DNA of 64,000 nt from Pseudomonadota bacterium (GCA_036338635.1 JAYZBS010000045.1:4601-68600), one strand, 5' to 3'. Shown: positions 1 to 10,291, counted from the first letter of the stretch. Translations and numbers: made by a program. The notes: generated from the letters alone by a model not told the origin.

Positions 1-645
1 AAGGATCCCGACAGCTACGGCAAGGGCAATCCGGACGGCGTGGCGGCGGCGGAATCGGCAAACTCGTCGTCCGAAGGCGGCTCGATGGTCGGGCTGCTCG
101 CTCTGGGCATCCCCTCAAGCGCGGCAACCGCGATCATGCTCAGCGCTTTCGCGATGCACAATGTCACCGGTGGGCCGCGATTCATCTCGGACAACAAGGG
201 CGTGGTCTATGCCATCATCGCGGGCAACCTTCTTCAGGCGATCCTGCTGGTGGTGGTCGGCATCCTGTTCATCCGGCTCGCGGTCTACCTGGTCCGGGTG
301 CCGTTGGCCTTCCTGCTACCGCCCATCGTGATCTGCACGGTCCTCGGCTCATATGCCCTGACGATGAGCCTGAACGGCCCGGCCACGCTGTTCGTGTTCT
401 CGGTGCTGGGTGTCGTCATGAAGCGTTACGGCTATTCGGTCGTGGCGGTCGTGATCGGCCTGCTGTTGGGATCCATGATGGAGGGCAATCTGGTCCGCAC
501 GTGGCAGCTGGGTCGCAGCAGCCTGATGCCCTTGGTCGAACGCCCCCTGTCGCTGATCATCATGGCGCTGATCGTAACGACTGCCGCGGGGGCCTTCCTT
601 GCAGCCCGCCAGGCAGCCCGGCGCCGTTCCATCACAGGCAAATAG
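1..645 (+). CDS. tctA: Tripartite tricarboxylate transporter permease TctA, C-terminal part (5' end outside window)
   Basis: Frame 1 is open from base 1 and reads KDPDSYGKGNPDGVAAAESANSSSEGGSM..LGIP..., the TctA motif, followed by multiple TM helices. Confidence 0.85.
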   Translation, partial: KDPDSYGKGNPDGVAAAESANSSSEGGSMVGLLALGIPSSAATAIMLSAFAMHNVTGGPRFISDNKGVVYAIIAGNLLQAILLVVVGILFIRLAVYLVRVPLAFLLPPIVICTVLGSYALTMSLNGPATLFVFSVLGVVMKRYGYSVVAVVIGLLLGSMMEGNLVRTWQLGRSSLMPLVERPLSLIIMALIVTTAAGAFLAARQAARRRSITGK

Positions 646-680
646 GCAAGGGAAATAGCTTTTCATGAAGAGGAGACATC

Positions 681-1541
681 ATGGCTGACAAGCGGCTCAA
701 GACGGCCATCGAGGCAAAGGAATTCGTGCTGGCCCCCGGAGTGTTCGACCTGATTTCGGCGCTCGTCGCGGACCGGATGAACTTTCCCGCCCTTTATGTC
801 ACCGGATACGGCACCGTCGCCTCGCATCTGGGCATTCCCGATGCAGGCATCGCGACCTATCGCGACATGCTCGAGCGCATCGCCCAGATCTGCAAGCGCA
901 CCGACCGGCCTGTCATCGCCGATGCCGATACCGGATATGGCGGCTTACTGAACGTGCGCAGCACGGTCGAGGGCTACGAGGCTGCCGGCGTCTCGGCGAT
1001 CCAGCTCGAGGATCAGGAATTTCCCAAGAAATGCGGCCACACGCCCGGCCGCCGGGTCATCCCCGCCGCCGAGATGCAGCGGAAGATCGAGGTTGCGGCA
1101 CAGACCCGGCAGTCCGACGATTTCTTGATCATCGCGCGCACTGACAGCCGAACATCCTTGGGCATTGACGAAGCAATCCGGCGCGGCAAGGCCTATGCCG
1201 AAGTCGGCGCGGATATCATCTTTGTGGAATCGCCGGAAAGCGTCGATGAGATGCGACAGGTCGCGGCCGAGATCAGCACGCCCTTGCTCGCCAACATGGT
1301 CAATGGGGGGCGCACACCGCTCGTTCCGGTCGGCGAGCTTGGGCAGATGGGATATGCCGTAGCCATTCATCCGGCACTGGGCTTTCTCGCCACGGCGCGC
1401 GCTCTCGAGACGGCGTTCTCCGACCTTCTTGCGCATGGCGAGACGACGGACGCGGTCGAACTTTACGATTTCGCCCGCATGAACGAGCTTCTGGGATTTG
1501 AAGAGATCTGGCAGTTCGAACAAAAGTGGCGGGACAAATAG
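681..1541 (+). CDS. Isocitrate lyase/PEP mutase family lyase (2,3-dimethylmalate lyase / oxaloacetate hydrolase-like), copy 1
   Basis: DADTGYGG, QLEDQ, catalytic PKKCGH and IIARTD motifs; RBS GAGGAG upstream. Confidence 0.9.
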   Translation: MADKRLKTAIEAKEFVLAPGVFDLISALVADRMNFPALYVTGYGTVASHLGIPDAGIATYRDMLERIAQICKRTDRPVIADADTGYGGLLNVRSTVEGYEAAGVSAIQLEDQEFPKKCGHTPGRRVIPAAEMQRKIEVAAQTRQSDDFLIIARTDSRTSLGIDEAIRRGKAYAEVGADIIFVESPESVDEMRQVAAEISTPLLANMVNGGRTPLVPVGELGQMGYAVAIHPALGFLATARALETAFSDLLAHGETTDAVELYDFARMNELLGFEEIWQFEQKWRDK

Positions 1542-1668
1542 GACCCTAGCGCGGCGGCGGCTTTTGGGCGGCGAACGGCAATCGTCCGAGTGGGCCTGCG
1601 AACAGGGATCTTCGCCTGCATGATGATGAGGCTGGCTTCCCACTGGCGGCGCCGTGAAGGGTGTCTTC

Positions 1669-1796
1669 TTGATACAACTTGTCCAAAAATGCACTGCAGC
1701 CTTAAGCCTGAGGCAGATTGCATGCGAAAAGTCTGTTACATGTCGCTTTGAAGTTATTTTTGCCGCATATTGCATGCCAATTGCGGTTTGTATAAC
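1669..1796. promoter_or_regulatory. Putative GntR/FCD operator-like sites upstream of gntR
   Basis: TTGATACAA (1669), TTGCATGC (~1718 and ~1770) and TTGTATAAC (1788) resemble TTGTATACAA/TTGCATGCAA-type GntR boxes in an AT-richer spacer. Confidence 0.35.
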
Positions 1797-1821
1797 GCTC
1801 AGATGCGACAACGAGGATGCG

Positions 1822-2481
1822 ATGAAGCGACCTATTTCGATTACAGCGACCGACAAGGTCTATGCTCATGTTCGCGACCAGATCCTCGCAGGTGTGTACG
1901 GCGCCGCGACCCGCCTCGGCGAGGCGGCGCTGGCAGAGGAGCTGGGCATCAGTCGGACACCGGTCCGCGAGGCGCTGCGAAAGCTGTCATCTGATGGTTA
2001 TGTTGATCTTCGGCCCCATGTCGGAGCCGTCGTCAAGCCATGGAACCCTGAGGAGGTGCAATCGAGCTTCCTCATCCGCGCCGATATCGAAAGCCAGGCA
2101 GCCGCGCGTGCGGCAGAGCGGATCGCCCTTGCCGACCTCGCCGCGCTGGAGGATATCTGCGAGCGGATCGAGGCGGCTACCGACACTTCGGGCGAAGCAA
2201 TGCGTAGCGCGCTGAATCGTGAGCTACACGCGCGCATTCTCGAGATTTCAGGATTGTCCCATGCGGAAAAGATCGTGACGCAGCTGATGGATCTTGCGGT
2301 GCTGACCTTCACCTTCGGCAGCTTCACGGCCGAAGAGGTCGCGCGCAGCAATTCTGATCACCGCCTTCTTATGCGCGCCTTTCGCGCCCGCGACGCGCAG
2401 CTGGCCCAGTCCGTCATGCGCACGCATATCCTGACGGCCGCTGTCGTCCACGACGAGCGCCGCGCCGGCCTGCGGCGCTGA
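1822..2481 (+). CDS. GntR family (FCD) transcriptional regulator
   Basis: ATG at 1822 after GAGG; HTH LGISRTPVREALRKL; FCD motifs LNRELH and DHRLL. Confidence 0.9.
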   Translation: MKRPISITATDKVYAHVRDQILAGVYGAATRLGEAALAEELGISRTPVREALRKLSSDGYVDLRPHVGAVVKPWNPEEVQSSFLIRADIESQAAARAAERIALADLAALEDICERIEAATDTSGEAMRSALNRELHARILEISGLSHAEKIVTQLMDLAVLTFTFGSFTAEEVARSNSDHRLLMRAFRARDAQLAQSVMRTHILTAAVVHDERRAGLRR

Positions 2482-2508
2482 CTTCAACAAAGAGGAACTG
2501 GACAGGGA

Positions 2509-3138
2509 ATGACCGACGACCTGGATGAGAACTATGCCCGCGCCTATGGCGGCCGGCTCGGCTTCGGCAAGCGGCCCGCGCTGATCCTGATCGATCTGGT
2601 GCGCGGCTACTTCGACCGCGACTGCGATCTGTGGGCCGATTGCGACGACGCGCTGGCCTCGGCGATCCGGTTGCGCGACGCGGCGCGGGTGGCGGGCATT
2701 CCGGTCATCTACACCAATGTCGTCTATCACCCCAAGGCGCTGGACGGGGGGCGCTTTTATCAAAAGGCACTGCCGCTGCGCCATTTCCTCAAGGGCAGCC
2801 CCTGGGGGGAATGGGCGCCGGGCCTTGAGCCGTCTGAGGACGAGCTGGTCATCTCGAAGCAGTATGCCAGCGTGTTCTTCGGCACATCGCTGTCCTCGAC
2901 GCTGACCGCGCAGGGGATCGACACGGTGATCCTGACCGGGGTGTCGACCTCGGGCTGCGTGCGGGCGTCCTGCGTGGACGCCAATTCCCACGGCTTCATC
3001 CCGATCATCCCGCGCGAGGCGGTGGGCGACCGCCACCCCGCCCCGCACGAGGCCAACCTCTTCGACATGAATGCCAAATACGGCGACGTCGTCTCCGAGG
3101 CTGAAACGCTGACCTATCTTTCAGGATTGAACCGATGA
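2509..3138 (+). CDS. Isochorismatase-family cysteine hydrolase (maleamate amidohydrolase NicF / N-carbamoylsarcosine amidase-like)
   Basis: Asp-Lys-Cys triad in ILIDL, ISKQYAS and TGVSTSGCVRAS. Confidence 0.85.
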   Translation: MTDDLDENYARAYGGRLGFGKRPALILIDLVRGYFDRDCDLWADCDDALASAIRLRDAARVAGIPVIYTNVVYHPKALDGGRFYQKALPLRHFLKGSPWGEWAPGLEPSEDELVISKQYASVFFGTSLSSTLTAQGIDTVILTGVSTSGCVRASCVDANSHGFIPIIPREAVGDRHPAPHEANLFDMNAKYGDVVSEAETLTYLSGLNR

Positions 3139-4004
3139 CCAAAGCCAGTTTGAAAGCCGCCCTCGCCTCGGGCAAATTCGTCGCCGCACCGGGGCTGCAT
3201 GACATGATCACCGCCGCGGTCGCGAACAAGTTCAACCTGCCCTTCGCCTATGCCTCGGGCTACTGGCTGACCGCCTCGACCCATGGCCTGCCCGATGCCG
3301 GGATCGCGACCTATACGCAGATGGTGGACCGCATCGCCACGCTCTGCCGGGTCAGCAATTCCGCCATCATCGCCGATGCGGACACGGGCTATGGCGGACT
3401 TCTGAACGTGCACCATACCGTGCGCGGCTACGAGGAAGCGGGCGTCATCGCCGTTCAGATCGAGGATCAGGAATTTCCCAAGAAATGCGGCCACACGCCC
3501 TTCAAGCGGGTGATTTCGCTGCAGGACATGACCGACAAGATCAAGGTCGCCTGCGAGGCACGCCGCTCGGACGAGACGCTGATCATCGCCCGCACCGACG
3601 CCCGCCAGACCGAGGGGTTCGAAGGCGCGCTGGCCCGCGGTCAGGCCTTCGCCGATGCCGGCGCCGACGTGGTCTTCGTCGAGGCGCTGGAAAGTGTGGA
3701 CGAGATGCGCGAGGCCTGCCGCCGCATCGATGCTCCGATGATGGCCAACATGGCCGATGGGGGCAAGACGCCGATCCTGCCCGCCGCCGAGCTTCAGGCG
3801 ATCGGCTACTCCATGGCCATCTATCCGGCGATGACCGGCCTTGCCGCCGCACAGGCCGCCGAGAACGCTTTGGCTGCCTTCATTCAGCACGGCACCTCGG
3901 TCACCCCCGCCCAGCCCCTGTTCGACTTCGCGGAGTTCAACGGCCTGATCGGCTTCCCGGAAGTCTGGGAGTTCGAACGCAAATGGGCGCGCGAGCGGGC
4001 ATGA
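3135..4004 (+). CDS. Isocitrate lyase/PEP mutase family lyase, copy 2
   Basis: DADTGYGG, IEDQ, PKKCGH, IIARTD; ATGA overlap with the upstream gene. Confidence 0.9.
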   Translation: MTKASLKAALASGKFVAAPGLHDMITAAVANKFNLPFAYASGYWLTASTHGLPDAGIATYTQMVDRIATLCRVSNSAIIADADTGYGGLLNVHHTVRGYEEAGVIAVQIEDQEFPKKCGHTPFKRVISLQDMTDKIKVACEARRSDETLIIARTDARQTEGFEGALARGQAFADAGADVVFVEALESVDEMREACRRIDAPMMANMADGGKTPILPAAELQAIGYSMAIYPAMTGLAAAQAAENALAAFIQHGTSVTPAQPLFDFAEFNGLIGFPEVWEFERKWARERA

Positions 4005-4759
4005 CTGCTACCCTGCCTCGCCGCGTCCTGGTCGCGGGCGGTTGCGGCGGGATCGGCCGCGCTGTGGTCACGGCGCTTCTGGCCCAGGGGGATGAGGTGG
4101 CGATCCTCGATCTGCCCCTGTCGCTGGACCGGCACCCACCGCCGCCGGGCGTGCTGTCCTGGCCCGTCGACGCCTCCGACCCGGCCAGCGTCACGGCGGC
4201 CGTCGGCGCGCTTGGCGGGGAATGGCCCGCGCTGGACGGCATGGTGAACCTAGTCGGCTTCGCGCCGCCGCCGGTGCCGGTCAGCGATCTGGCGCCCGAG
4301 ATCTGGTCCGAGACGATCGCCGGCAACCTCGGCGCCGGCTTCCTGCTGGCGCGTGCCGCGCTGCCGCTTCTGCGCAAGGGCCGGCAGGCGTCGATGGTCA
4401 ACGTCGCTTCGGGCCTCGCACTGAAATCGACGCCGGGCTACGGCGCCTATGCCGCCGCCAAGGCCGGGATGCTGGCCCTGACGCGCGTCCTTGCGCAGGA
4501 AAATGCGCCGGGCGTGCGAGTGAACGCCGTCGCCCCCTCGGCCGTGGACACCGCTTTCCTGTCGGGCGGCACCGGCCGCGGCGGCGAAGATGGTGCGCCT
4601 GTGATGCTGGACACCGAGGCTTATCTTCGCACGATCCCGATGGGCCGGCTGGCCACGCCCGAGGACGTGCTGGGCCCGATCCTCTTTCTTCTTTCCCCTG
4701 CCGCCGGCTACGTGACGGGCCAGACGCTGCACGTCAATGGCGGCACCCTGATGGTGTAG
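4001..4759 (+). CDS. SDR oxidoreductase
   Basis: ATGA-coupled start at 4001; AGGCGGIG nucleotide-binding motif; YAAAK; VTGQTLHVNGG. Confidence 0.85.
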   Translation: MTATLPRRVLVAGGCGGIGRAVVTALLAQGDEVAILDLPLSLDRHPPPPGVLSWPVDASDPASVTAAVGALGGEWPALDGMVNLVGFAPPPVPVSDLAPEIWSETIAGNLGAGFLLARAALPLLRKGRQASMVNVASGLALKSTPGYGAYAAAKAGMLALTRVLAQENAPGVRVNAVAPSAVDTAFLSGGTGRGGEDGAPVMLDTEAYLRTIPMGRLATPEDVLGPILFLLSPAAGYVTGQTLHVNGGTLMV

Positions 4760-4762
4760 GCA

Positions 4763-6274
4763 ATGACCAAGATGACGATCCCCCACGCCCTGCCGCAGCG
4801 CGTCGGCAGCCTGATCGACGGCCGCGACGCCCCCGGCGCGGGCCATGAGATCCCGGTCTTCTATCCCGCGACCGGCCGCCAGATCAGCACCCTGATCGAG
4901 GCGGATGCAGCCGAGGTGGACCGCGCCGTCACTGCCGCCCGCCGCGCCTTCGACCGCACCGACTGGCCGCGCTGGAGCGTCGATCGCCGCCAGGCCCTGC
5001 TGATGCGCATCAACGAGGTGCTGCTGGCCCATGCCGATGAACTGGCGCTGCTGGAATGCTTGAACCTCGGGGTGTCGCTGCGCGAGCTTCGCGAGATCCA
5101 GATGACCCGCGCCGCCTACAACTTCCGCTTCTTCGCCGAGTATATCAGCCAGCGGCAGGGCGAGGTCTATGATCAGGTGACCGGCTACCGCTCGATCGTG
5201 GTGAAGGAACCGGTAGGCGTCGCCGCCCTGATCGCACCTTGGAACGCGCCGACAGCGCTGGCCTCGATGAAGGTCGCCGCCGCGCTGGCTTTCGGCAATA
5301 CCTGTGTGTTGAAACCCTCCGAGCAGACCCCGCTTGCCCTGCGCCGCTTCGTCGAGCTGCTGCACGAGGCCGGTGTGCCTGAGGGTGTCGTGAACCTGGT
5401 GAACGGCCGCGGGCAGGTCACGGGCGAGGCGCTGGTCGCCCATCCCGGCATCGATCTGGTCAGCTTCACCGGCGGGACGGGAACGGGACGACGGATCATG
5501 GCCTCGGCCGCGCAACGCCTCAAGCCCAGCTCGCTGGAGCTGGGGGGCAAAAGCGCCAACGTGATCTTCGCCTCGGCCGATCTGGATCGGGCGCTGGACG
5601 GCGCGCTGCTCAGCATCTTTTCGGGCAACGGGCAGCAATGCTTGGCCGGATCGCGCATCCTTCTGGAAAAGTCGATCAGCGCCGATTTCATCGACCGTTT
5701 CGTCGCGCGCGCCCGCCAGCTGCGGATCGGCGATCCGATGCTGGACGCGACCGAGATGGGGCCGCTTGGCTCGGCGGCGCATCGCGACCGGGTGCTGTCC
5801 TATGTGGACATCGCCAAGGCCGACGGCGCCCAGATCCTGACCGGCGGCGGCCCCGCCGCGCTTGAGGGCGATCTGGCGGGCGGCTACTTCGTGCAGCCGA
5901 CGGCGGTGCTGGCGCCCTCGAATGCCAGCCGCGTCTGCCAGGAGGAGATCTTCGGCCCCTTCGCGACCTTCGTCACTTTCGACGGCTATGATCAGGCGAT
6001 GCAGATCGCCAATGACACCGAGTTCGGCCTGGTGTCCTATGTCTGGTCGGACCACCTGCCGACGGTCGAGGCCGCCTCGCGCGATCTTCAGGCGGGGGTG
6101 GTCTGGGTCAACACGCCGATGACCCGCGATCTGCGCGCGCCCTTCGGCGGCTACAAGAATTCGGGCGTGGGGCGCGAAAGCGGCGCCTCCAGCGAGGCGT
6201 TCTACACCGAGCTGAAGACCGTCACGATCCCCGAGCGTCCCCTGACCCTGCGCCGGATCGGCCTGCCGGAGTAA
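4763..6274 (+). CDS. Aldehyde dehydrogenase, 2-hydroxymuconic-semialdehyde DH-like subfamily
   Basis: PWN, LKPSE, LELGGKS, catalytic GQQCLAGSR, EEIFGP, RDLRAPFGGYKNSGVGRE. Confidence 0.9.
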   Translation: MTKMTIPHALPQRVGSLIDGRDAPGAGHEIPVFYPATGRQISTLIEADAAEVDRAVTAARRAFDRTDWPRWSVDRRQALLMRINEVLLAHADELALLECLNLGVSLRELREIQMTRAAYNFRFFAEYISQRQGEVYDQVTGYRSIVVKEPVGVAALIAPWNAPTALASMKVAAALAFGNTCVLKPSEQTPLALRRFVELLHEAGVPEGVVNLVNGRGQVTGEALVAHPGIDLVSFTGGTGTGRRIMASAAQRLKPSSLELGGKSANVIFASADLDRALDGALLSIFSGNGQQCLAGSRILLEKSISADFIDRFVARARQLRIGDPMLDATEMGPLGSAAHRDRVLSYVDIAKADGAQILTGGGPAALEGDLAGGYFVQPTAVLAPSNASRVCQEEIFGPFATFVTFDGYDQAMQIANDTEFGLVSYVWSDHLPTVEAASRDLQAGVVWVNTPMTRDLRAPFGGYKNSGVGRESGASSEAFYTELKTVTIPERPLTLRRIGLPE

Positions 6275-6283
6275 GGCGCATGA

Positions 6284-6326
6284 GAAAGGGCCGCGCCTGC
6301 CATCCGGCGGGCGCGGCCCTTTTTTC
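6284..6326. terminator. Bidirectional intrinsic terminator
   Basis: AAAGGGCCGCGCCTGC-catcc-GGCGGGCGCGGCCCTTTTTT between convergent genes. Confidence 0.85.
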
Positions 6327-6337
6327 GTGTCCGCGGT

Positions 6338-8323
6338 TCAGGCCGGGGCGGTCGCCGTCCGGCGCGTCAGGCCCAGATGGTGCAGGACCAAACCCAGCCC
6401 GATGGCGGCGATGCCATATTCCAACGCGCGCCCGCCGATCTGCATCAGCGGCAGGATCGTCAGCACGCCGACCGCCACCCAGGCCACTCGCAGCGCCCCG
6501 CGCACCGGCACGAAGCCGTGCCCCATCCAGCCCCCGCAGACCAGCGCTAACGCGATCACCGACGAGACGGCGACATAGACGATCTCGGGCAGGTTGCCCT
6601 CCATCAGAAGCGCCGGCTTGTAGATGAAGAGGAACGGCAGCAGATAGGCGACCCAGCCCACCTTGAAGGATTCCACCGCCGTCTCGACCTGCCCGGCCCC
6701 CGAGATGGTCGCGGCGGCGAACGAGGCCAACGCGATGGGTGGCGTGATCATCGACAGCATGCCGAAGTAGAAGACGAACATATGCGCGGCCAGCGGCGGG
6801 ATGCCCATCTGGACCAAGGCGGGCGCGGCCAACGAGGCCAGCAGCAGATAGACCGCCGTGGTCGGCAGGCCCAGCCCCAGCACGATGGCGACGAAGGCCG
6901 TGACGACCAGCATCCCCAGCAAGCTCGCCCCGCCCAGATCCAGCAGCACCATCGACAGCGAGAAGCCCAGCCCTGTCACCGACAGGATGCCGACGATCAT
7001 CCCGGCGGCGGCGGTGACCAGCAGCACCTCGGCGGTGGCCATGCCGGTGGTGGCCAACGCCTCCCACGCCTTGCGGGGCGAGATCGAGCCGGGCAGCCCC
7101 GGCCGCACCAGATGCGCGATCAGCGCCGCACCCAGCAACACGAAGATCGTCCAGGTCGCCGCCAGCTGCGCCTGCAGGTTCAGCCAGAAGATCCCCGCCA
7201 GCAACGAGATGAACCCCAGGATCGGCGTCCAACCCTGTGCCAGCACGCGGCCCATAGCGACTCGCCGTTCCCCGCGCAGGGTGCCGACACCGTCGCGCCG
7301 GGACAGGAAGTCGATCTGCAGGAAGATCGACAGGTAATACAACAGTGCCGGCAGCAGCGCGGCAACCAGAACGTCGCGATAGGGGACCTGCACGATCTCG
7401 GCCATCAGGAAGGCGGCCGCGCCCATGATCGGCGGCATCAGCTGCCCCCCGGTCGAGGCGACGGCCTCGATCGCGCCCGCCTGCCGCGCGGTGATCCCCG
7501 AGCGGCGCATCATCTGGATCGTGACGACCCCCGTGGACATCACGTTCGACACCGCGCTGCCCGAGACCGAACCGAAGAGCCCCGAGGCCGTCACCGCGAT
7601 CTTCGCCGCCCCGCCCGGCCCCTTGCCGGCGACGCGCATCGACAGCTGGGTGAAGAAATCCCCGCCGCCGACTGCGATCAGAAAGCCCCCGAATAGCACG
7701 AAGACCGCGACCACGAAGGCACCGACCTGCAACGAGGCGCCCCAGGTCGCCGAGCTGTCGCTGCCCAGAAAGCGCAACACCTGCGGCAGCGCGATGGCCC
7801 GGCCCGACAGCGCGCCCGGCACATGGTTGCCCCAGAGCGCATAGGCGAAGAACAACCCGAAGATCACCACCAGCGTCCAGCCGACGACCCGGCGCAGCAC
7901 GTCCATCACCAGCACGACGACGAAGGCGCCCAGGATCAGCGCCTCGGTCGGGTGAAAGGCCGCCATCTCGGACAGGACCTGAAAGCGAGCATAGACCCAA
8001 GCCCCGACGCCAAGGGCGACCAGCGCCAGCCCGATGTCGCAGACGGCGGGAAAGCCCGCCCGGCCCCGCGTGCGCAGATAGATCGCCGCCATGGAAACGG
8101 TCAGCATGACGGCGGCGATCTGCTCGGGGAAGACCAGCATGCTCGCGCGCATAGGCAGGCGCAGGACCCAGACCAAGGCCAGCAGCGGCACCAGCGCGCC
8201 CAGCACGGCCGAGATCCGGTCGGCAAGGCCGTTGCCTGCGGTCGGCATGGCGGGAAGTTCGCCAGCGGGGCTGGCGGCGGGTGGGATCTTGGAGCTCATC
8301 GCATCGCTCACGCTGAGGGGCAT
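6338..8323 (-). CDS. TRAP transporter fused 4TM/12TM permease (TAXI-associated), copy 1; start may be 8299
   Basis: GSVSGSAVSNV, AIEAVASTGGQLMPPIMGAAAFLMAE, LGLGLPTT and MITPPIALA motifs. Confidence 0.92.
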   Translation of the reverse strand: MPLSVSDAMSSKIPPAASPAGELPAMPTAGNGLADRISAVLGALVPLLALVWVLRLPMRASMLVFPEQIAAVMLTVSMAAIYLRTRGRAGFPAVCDIGLALVALGVGAWVYARFQVLSEMAAFHPTEALILGAFVVVLVMDVLRRVVGWTLVVIFGLFFAYALWGNHVPGALSGRAIALPQVLRFLGSDSSATWGASLQVGAFVVAVFVLFGGFLIAVGGGDFFTQLSMRVAGKGPGGAAKIAVTASGLFGSVSGSAVSNVMSTGVVTIQMMRRSGITARQAGAIEAVASTGGQLMPPIMGAAAFLMAEIVQVPYRDVLVAALLPALLYYLSIFLQIDFLSRRDGVGTLRGERRVAMGRVLAQGWTPILGFISLLAGIFWLNLQAQLAATWTIFVLLGAALIAHLVRPGLPGSISPRKAWEALATTGMATAEVLLVTAAAGMIVGILSVTGLGFSLSMVLLDLGGASLLGMLVVTAFVAIVLGLGLPTTAVYLLLASLAAPALVQMGIPPLAAHMFVFYFGMLSMITPPIALASFAAATISGAGQVETAVESFKVGWVAYLLPFLFIYKPALLMEGNLPEIVYVAVSSVIALALVCGGWMGHGFVPVRGALRVAWVAVGVLTILPLMQIGGRALEYGIAAIGLGLVLHHLGLTRRTATAPA

Positions 8324-8360
8324 CGAGGAGCGCCGGCACGGGCAGCACCGGCGGTGTGGA

Positions 8361-9308
8361 TCACTCGGCGACGGGCACGCCCTGCGCCTGATAGAAGGCC
8401 AGCGCGCCGGGGTGATAGGTCATCCCGCCGGCCCGGCCCATCGTTTCGGGATCGAAACTGTTCCACATGGGGCTGGTCGCCAGCAGCGCGTCCTCGCCCT
8501 CGTAGAGGGCCTTGACCATCGCCGTCACGACCTCGTCCGAGACATCGGCATTGGCGAACAGCAGGTATTCATAGCCGAAGACCTTGGTGTCCTCGGTCAC
8601 CGCCGCCTCGCCCGAATCCGAGACGTCGAAGATGCGCGTGCCGGGCAGGATCTCGGCCATCACGGCCTCATCTTCTTCGGACATCGGCAGGTAGCGTACC
8701 TCGCCGACGCTGGCCTGCATGTCCATCACGAAGGCCGAGCCGACGGTCGCGATGGAAGTGTCCAGGATCCCGTCGCGGAAGCCGTCATACATCGACACGA
8801 AGTTGGCCGTGGGGATGGCGCGCACATCGTCATAGCTCATGTCCCCCGTCGCCAGCACCGCCCGCATGACGTAATCGCCAAGCGAGCCGTCGGGGAAGCG
8901 CGGCACGTTGCGGCCGGCCAGATCCTCAAGCTCGCGGATGCCCGAGCTTTCCAGCACCAGCATCCCCGAGGTGAAATCCATCAGCGAGGCGACCAGCCGC
9001 AGGTTGTCACCCGGCTGCCCCTCGGACAGGCCCGTGCCGGTCATGGCGAAATAGGTCTGGGGATAGTTCGCGATGCCGAATTCCAGCTGCCCCTGATCGA
9101 CCAGCGGGATGTATTGCGCGGTGTTCGCCGTCTCTTGCGGGATCACGCGGATCTCGCCGCCCGCGGTCGCCACGCTGGCGATCGCCAGCCCGATCTGCCC
9201 GGTCGCCGCGCCGCTCAGCGTGCCAAGGGCCACGTTCTCGGCGGCCGCAAAAGGCGCGGCTGCCAAGGACAGCAGGGCAGCGGCGGCCGTGTTCCGAATG
9301 AAGGACAT
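8361..9308 (-). CDS. TAXI-family TRAP solute receptor, copy 1
   Basis: ATG at 9308 after AGGAG; signal peptide; GQLEFGIAN; HPGALAFY C-terminus. Confidence 0.85.
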   Translation of the reverse strand: MSFIRNTAAAALLSLAAAPFAAAENVALGTLSGAATGQIGLAIASVATAGGEIRVIPQETANTAQYIPLVDQGQLEFGIANYPQTYFAMTGTGLSEGQPGDNLRLVASLMDFTSGMLVLESSGIRELEDLAGRNVPRFPDGSLGDYVMRAVLATGDMSYDDVRAIPTANFVSMYDGFRDGILDTSIATVGSAFVMDMQASVGEVRYLPMSEEDEAVMAEILPGTRIFDVSDSGEAAVTEDTKVFGYEYLLFANADVSDEVVTAMVKALYEGEDALLATSPMWNSFDPETMGRAGGMTYHPGALAFYQAQGVPVAE

Positions 9309-9350
9309 CTCATCTCTCCTAATGGACCGAAAGGAACTCATGCCCGTCTC

Positions 9351-9561
9351 TTGTGTACGAACTTGTATGCAGGCAGCCACGACCTGCATGCATCTGTCAA
9401 GCGCGACATTCGCCCGTTTGCATAAATTCGACCTGCCGAACTGTCCTGCTACTTAATGCGTATACGCTGCCTTCGACGGCAGCATTACCGGTGCTCCGGC
9501 ATCCGAATCCAAGCAGGACGCAAAAAAACATTTGCAGTATCATCCGTCTCTTTGCATACAA
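9351..9561. promoter_or_regulatory. Divergent promoter region with several GntR-type operator candidates
   Basis: TTGTGTACGA (9351), TTGTATGCAG (9363), perfect palindrome GCGTATACGC (9458) and TTGCATACAA (9552). Confidence 0.5.
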
Positions 9562-9622
9562 TGGGAACAAGAGAGCGCGCACCAACCGCCTTTATGTGCA
9601 CAAGCGCGACGGAGAAAATGCC

Positions 9623-10291
9623 GTGTCCTACATCCGCCTCGAGCAAGACCCCGCGATACGGCCGGCGCTGCGGGCCTATATGGTGATCCGCGACGCGATC
9701 CTGTCCGGCACGCTGCGCTCGGGCACGCATCTGCGCGAAGAGACGCTGGCCGAGATGACCGAGACCAGCCGCACCCCGGTCCGCGAGGCGCTGAGCCGCC
9801 TTGTTGCCGAGGGCCTGGCGATCGAGGAGAACCGCAGCCGCTACGTCGCTGATTTCTCGCCCTCCGAGATCATGGTGATGTTCGACATGCGCGCCCGGCT
9901 GGAGGGCTACGCAGGCCGCTTGGCTGCCGCCCATGTCACGCCGCCCGAATTGGACGAGATGGCGCGGCTGATCGACCAGATCGACGCGCTGGATGTCGAC
10001 AGCAGCCCCACCGCAACCGACGATTTCCTGGCGCTGAACGACCGCTTCCACGCCTGCATCCTGACGGCCGCCCGCTCGGCCCAACTGAAGATTATGATCC
10101 GCCCCGTGATGACCGCGCCCGTGGCGCTGCTCAAGCGTCACGTGATGGCGCAGCCGATCGGCGTGCGCGCCTCGAACGCGCAGCACCGGGAGATCCATCG
10201 AGCGCTGTCCAGCGGCGATCCGGATTGGTCGGAAACGGCGGTGCGGCTGCACGTCCTGTCCACGAAACCCGTCCCCACGGCCCGCGCATGA
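9623..10291 (+). CDS. GntR family (FCD) transcriptional regulator
   Basis: GTG at 9623 after GGAGA; TSRTPVREALSRL HTH; LNDRFH and QHREI. Confidence 0.88.
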   Translation: MSYIRLEQDPAIRPALRAYMVIRDAILSGTLRSGTHLREETLAEMTETSRTPVREALSRLVAEGLAIEENRSRYVADFSPSEIMVMFDMRARLEGYAGRLAAAHVTPPELDEMARLIDQIDALDVDSSPTATDDFLALNDRFHACILTAARSAQLKIMIRPVMTAPVALLKRHVMAQPIGVRASNAQHREIHRALSSGDPDWSETAVRLHVLSTKPVPTARA

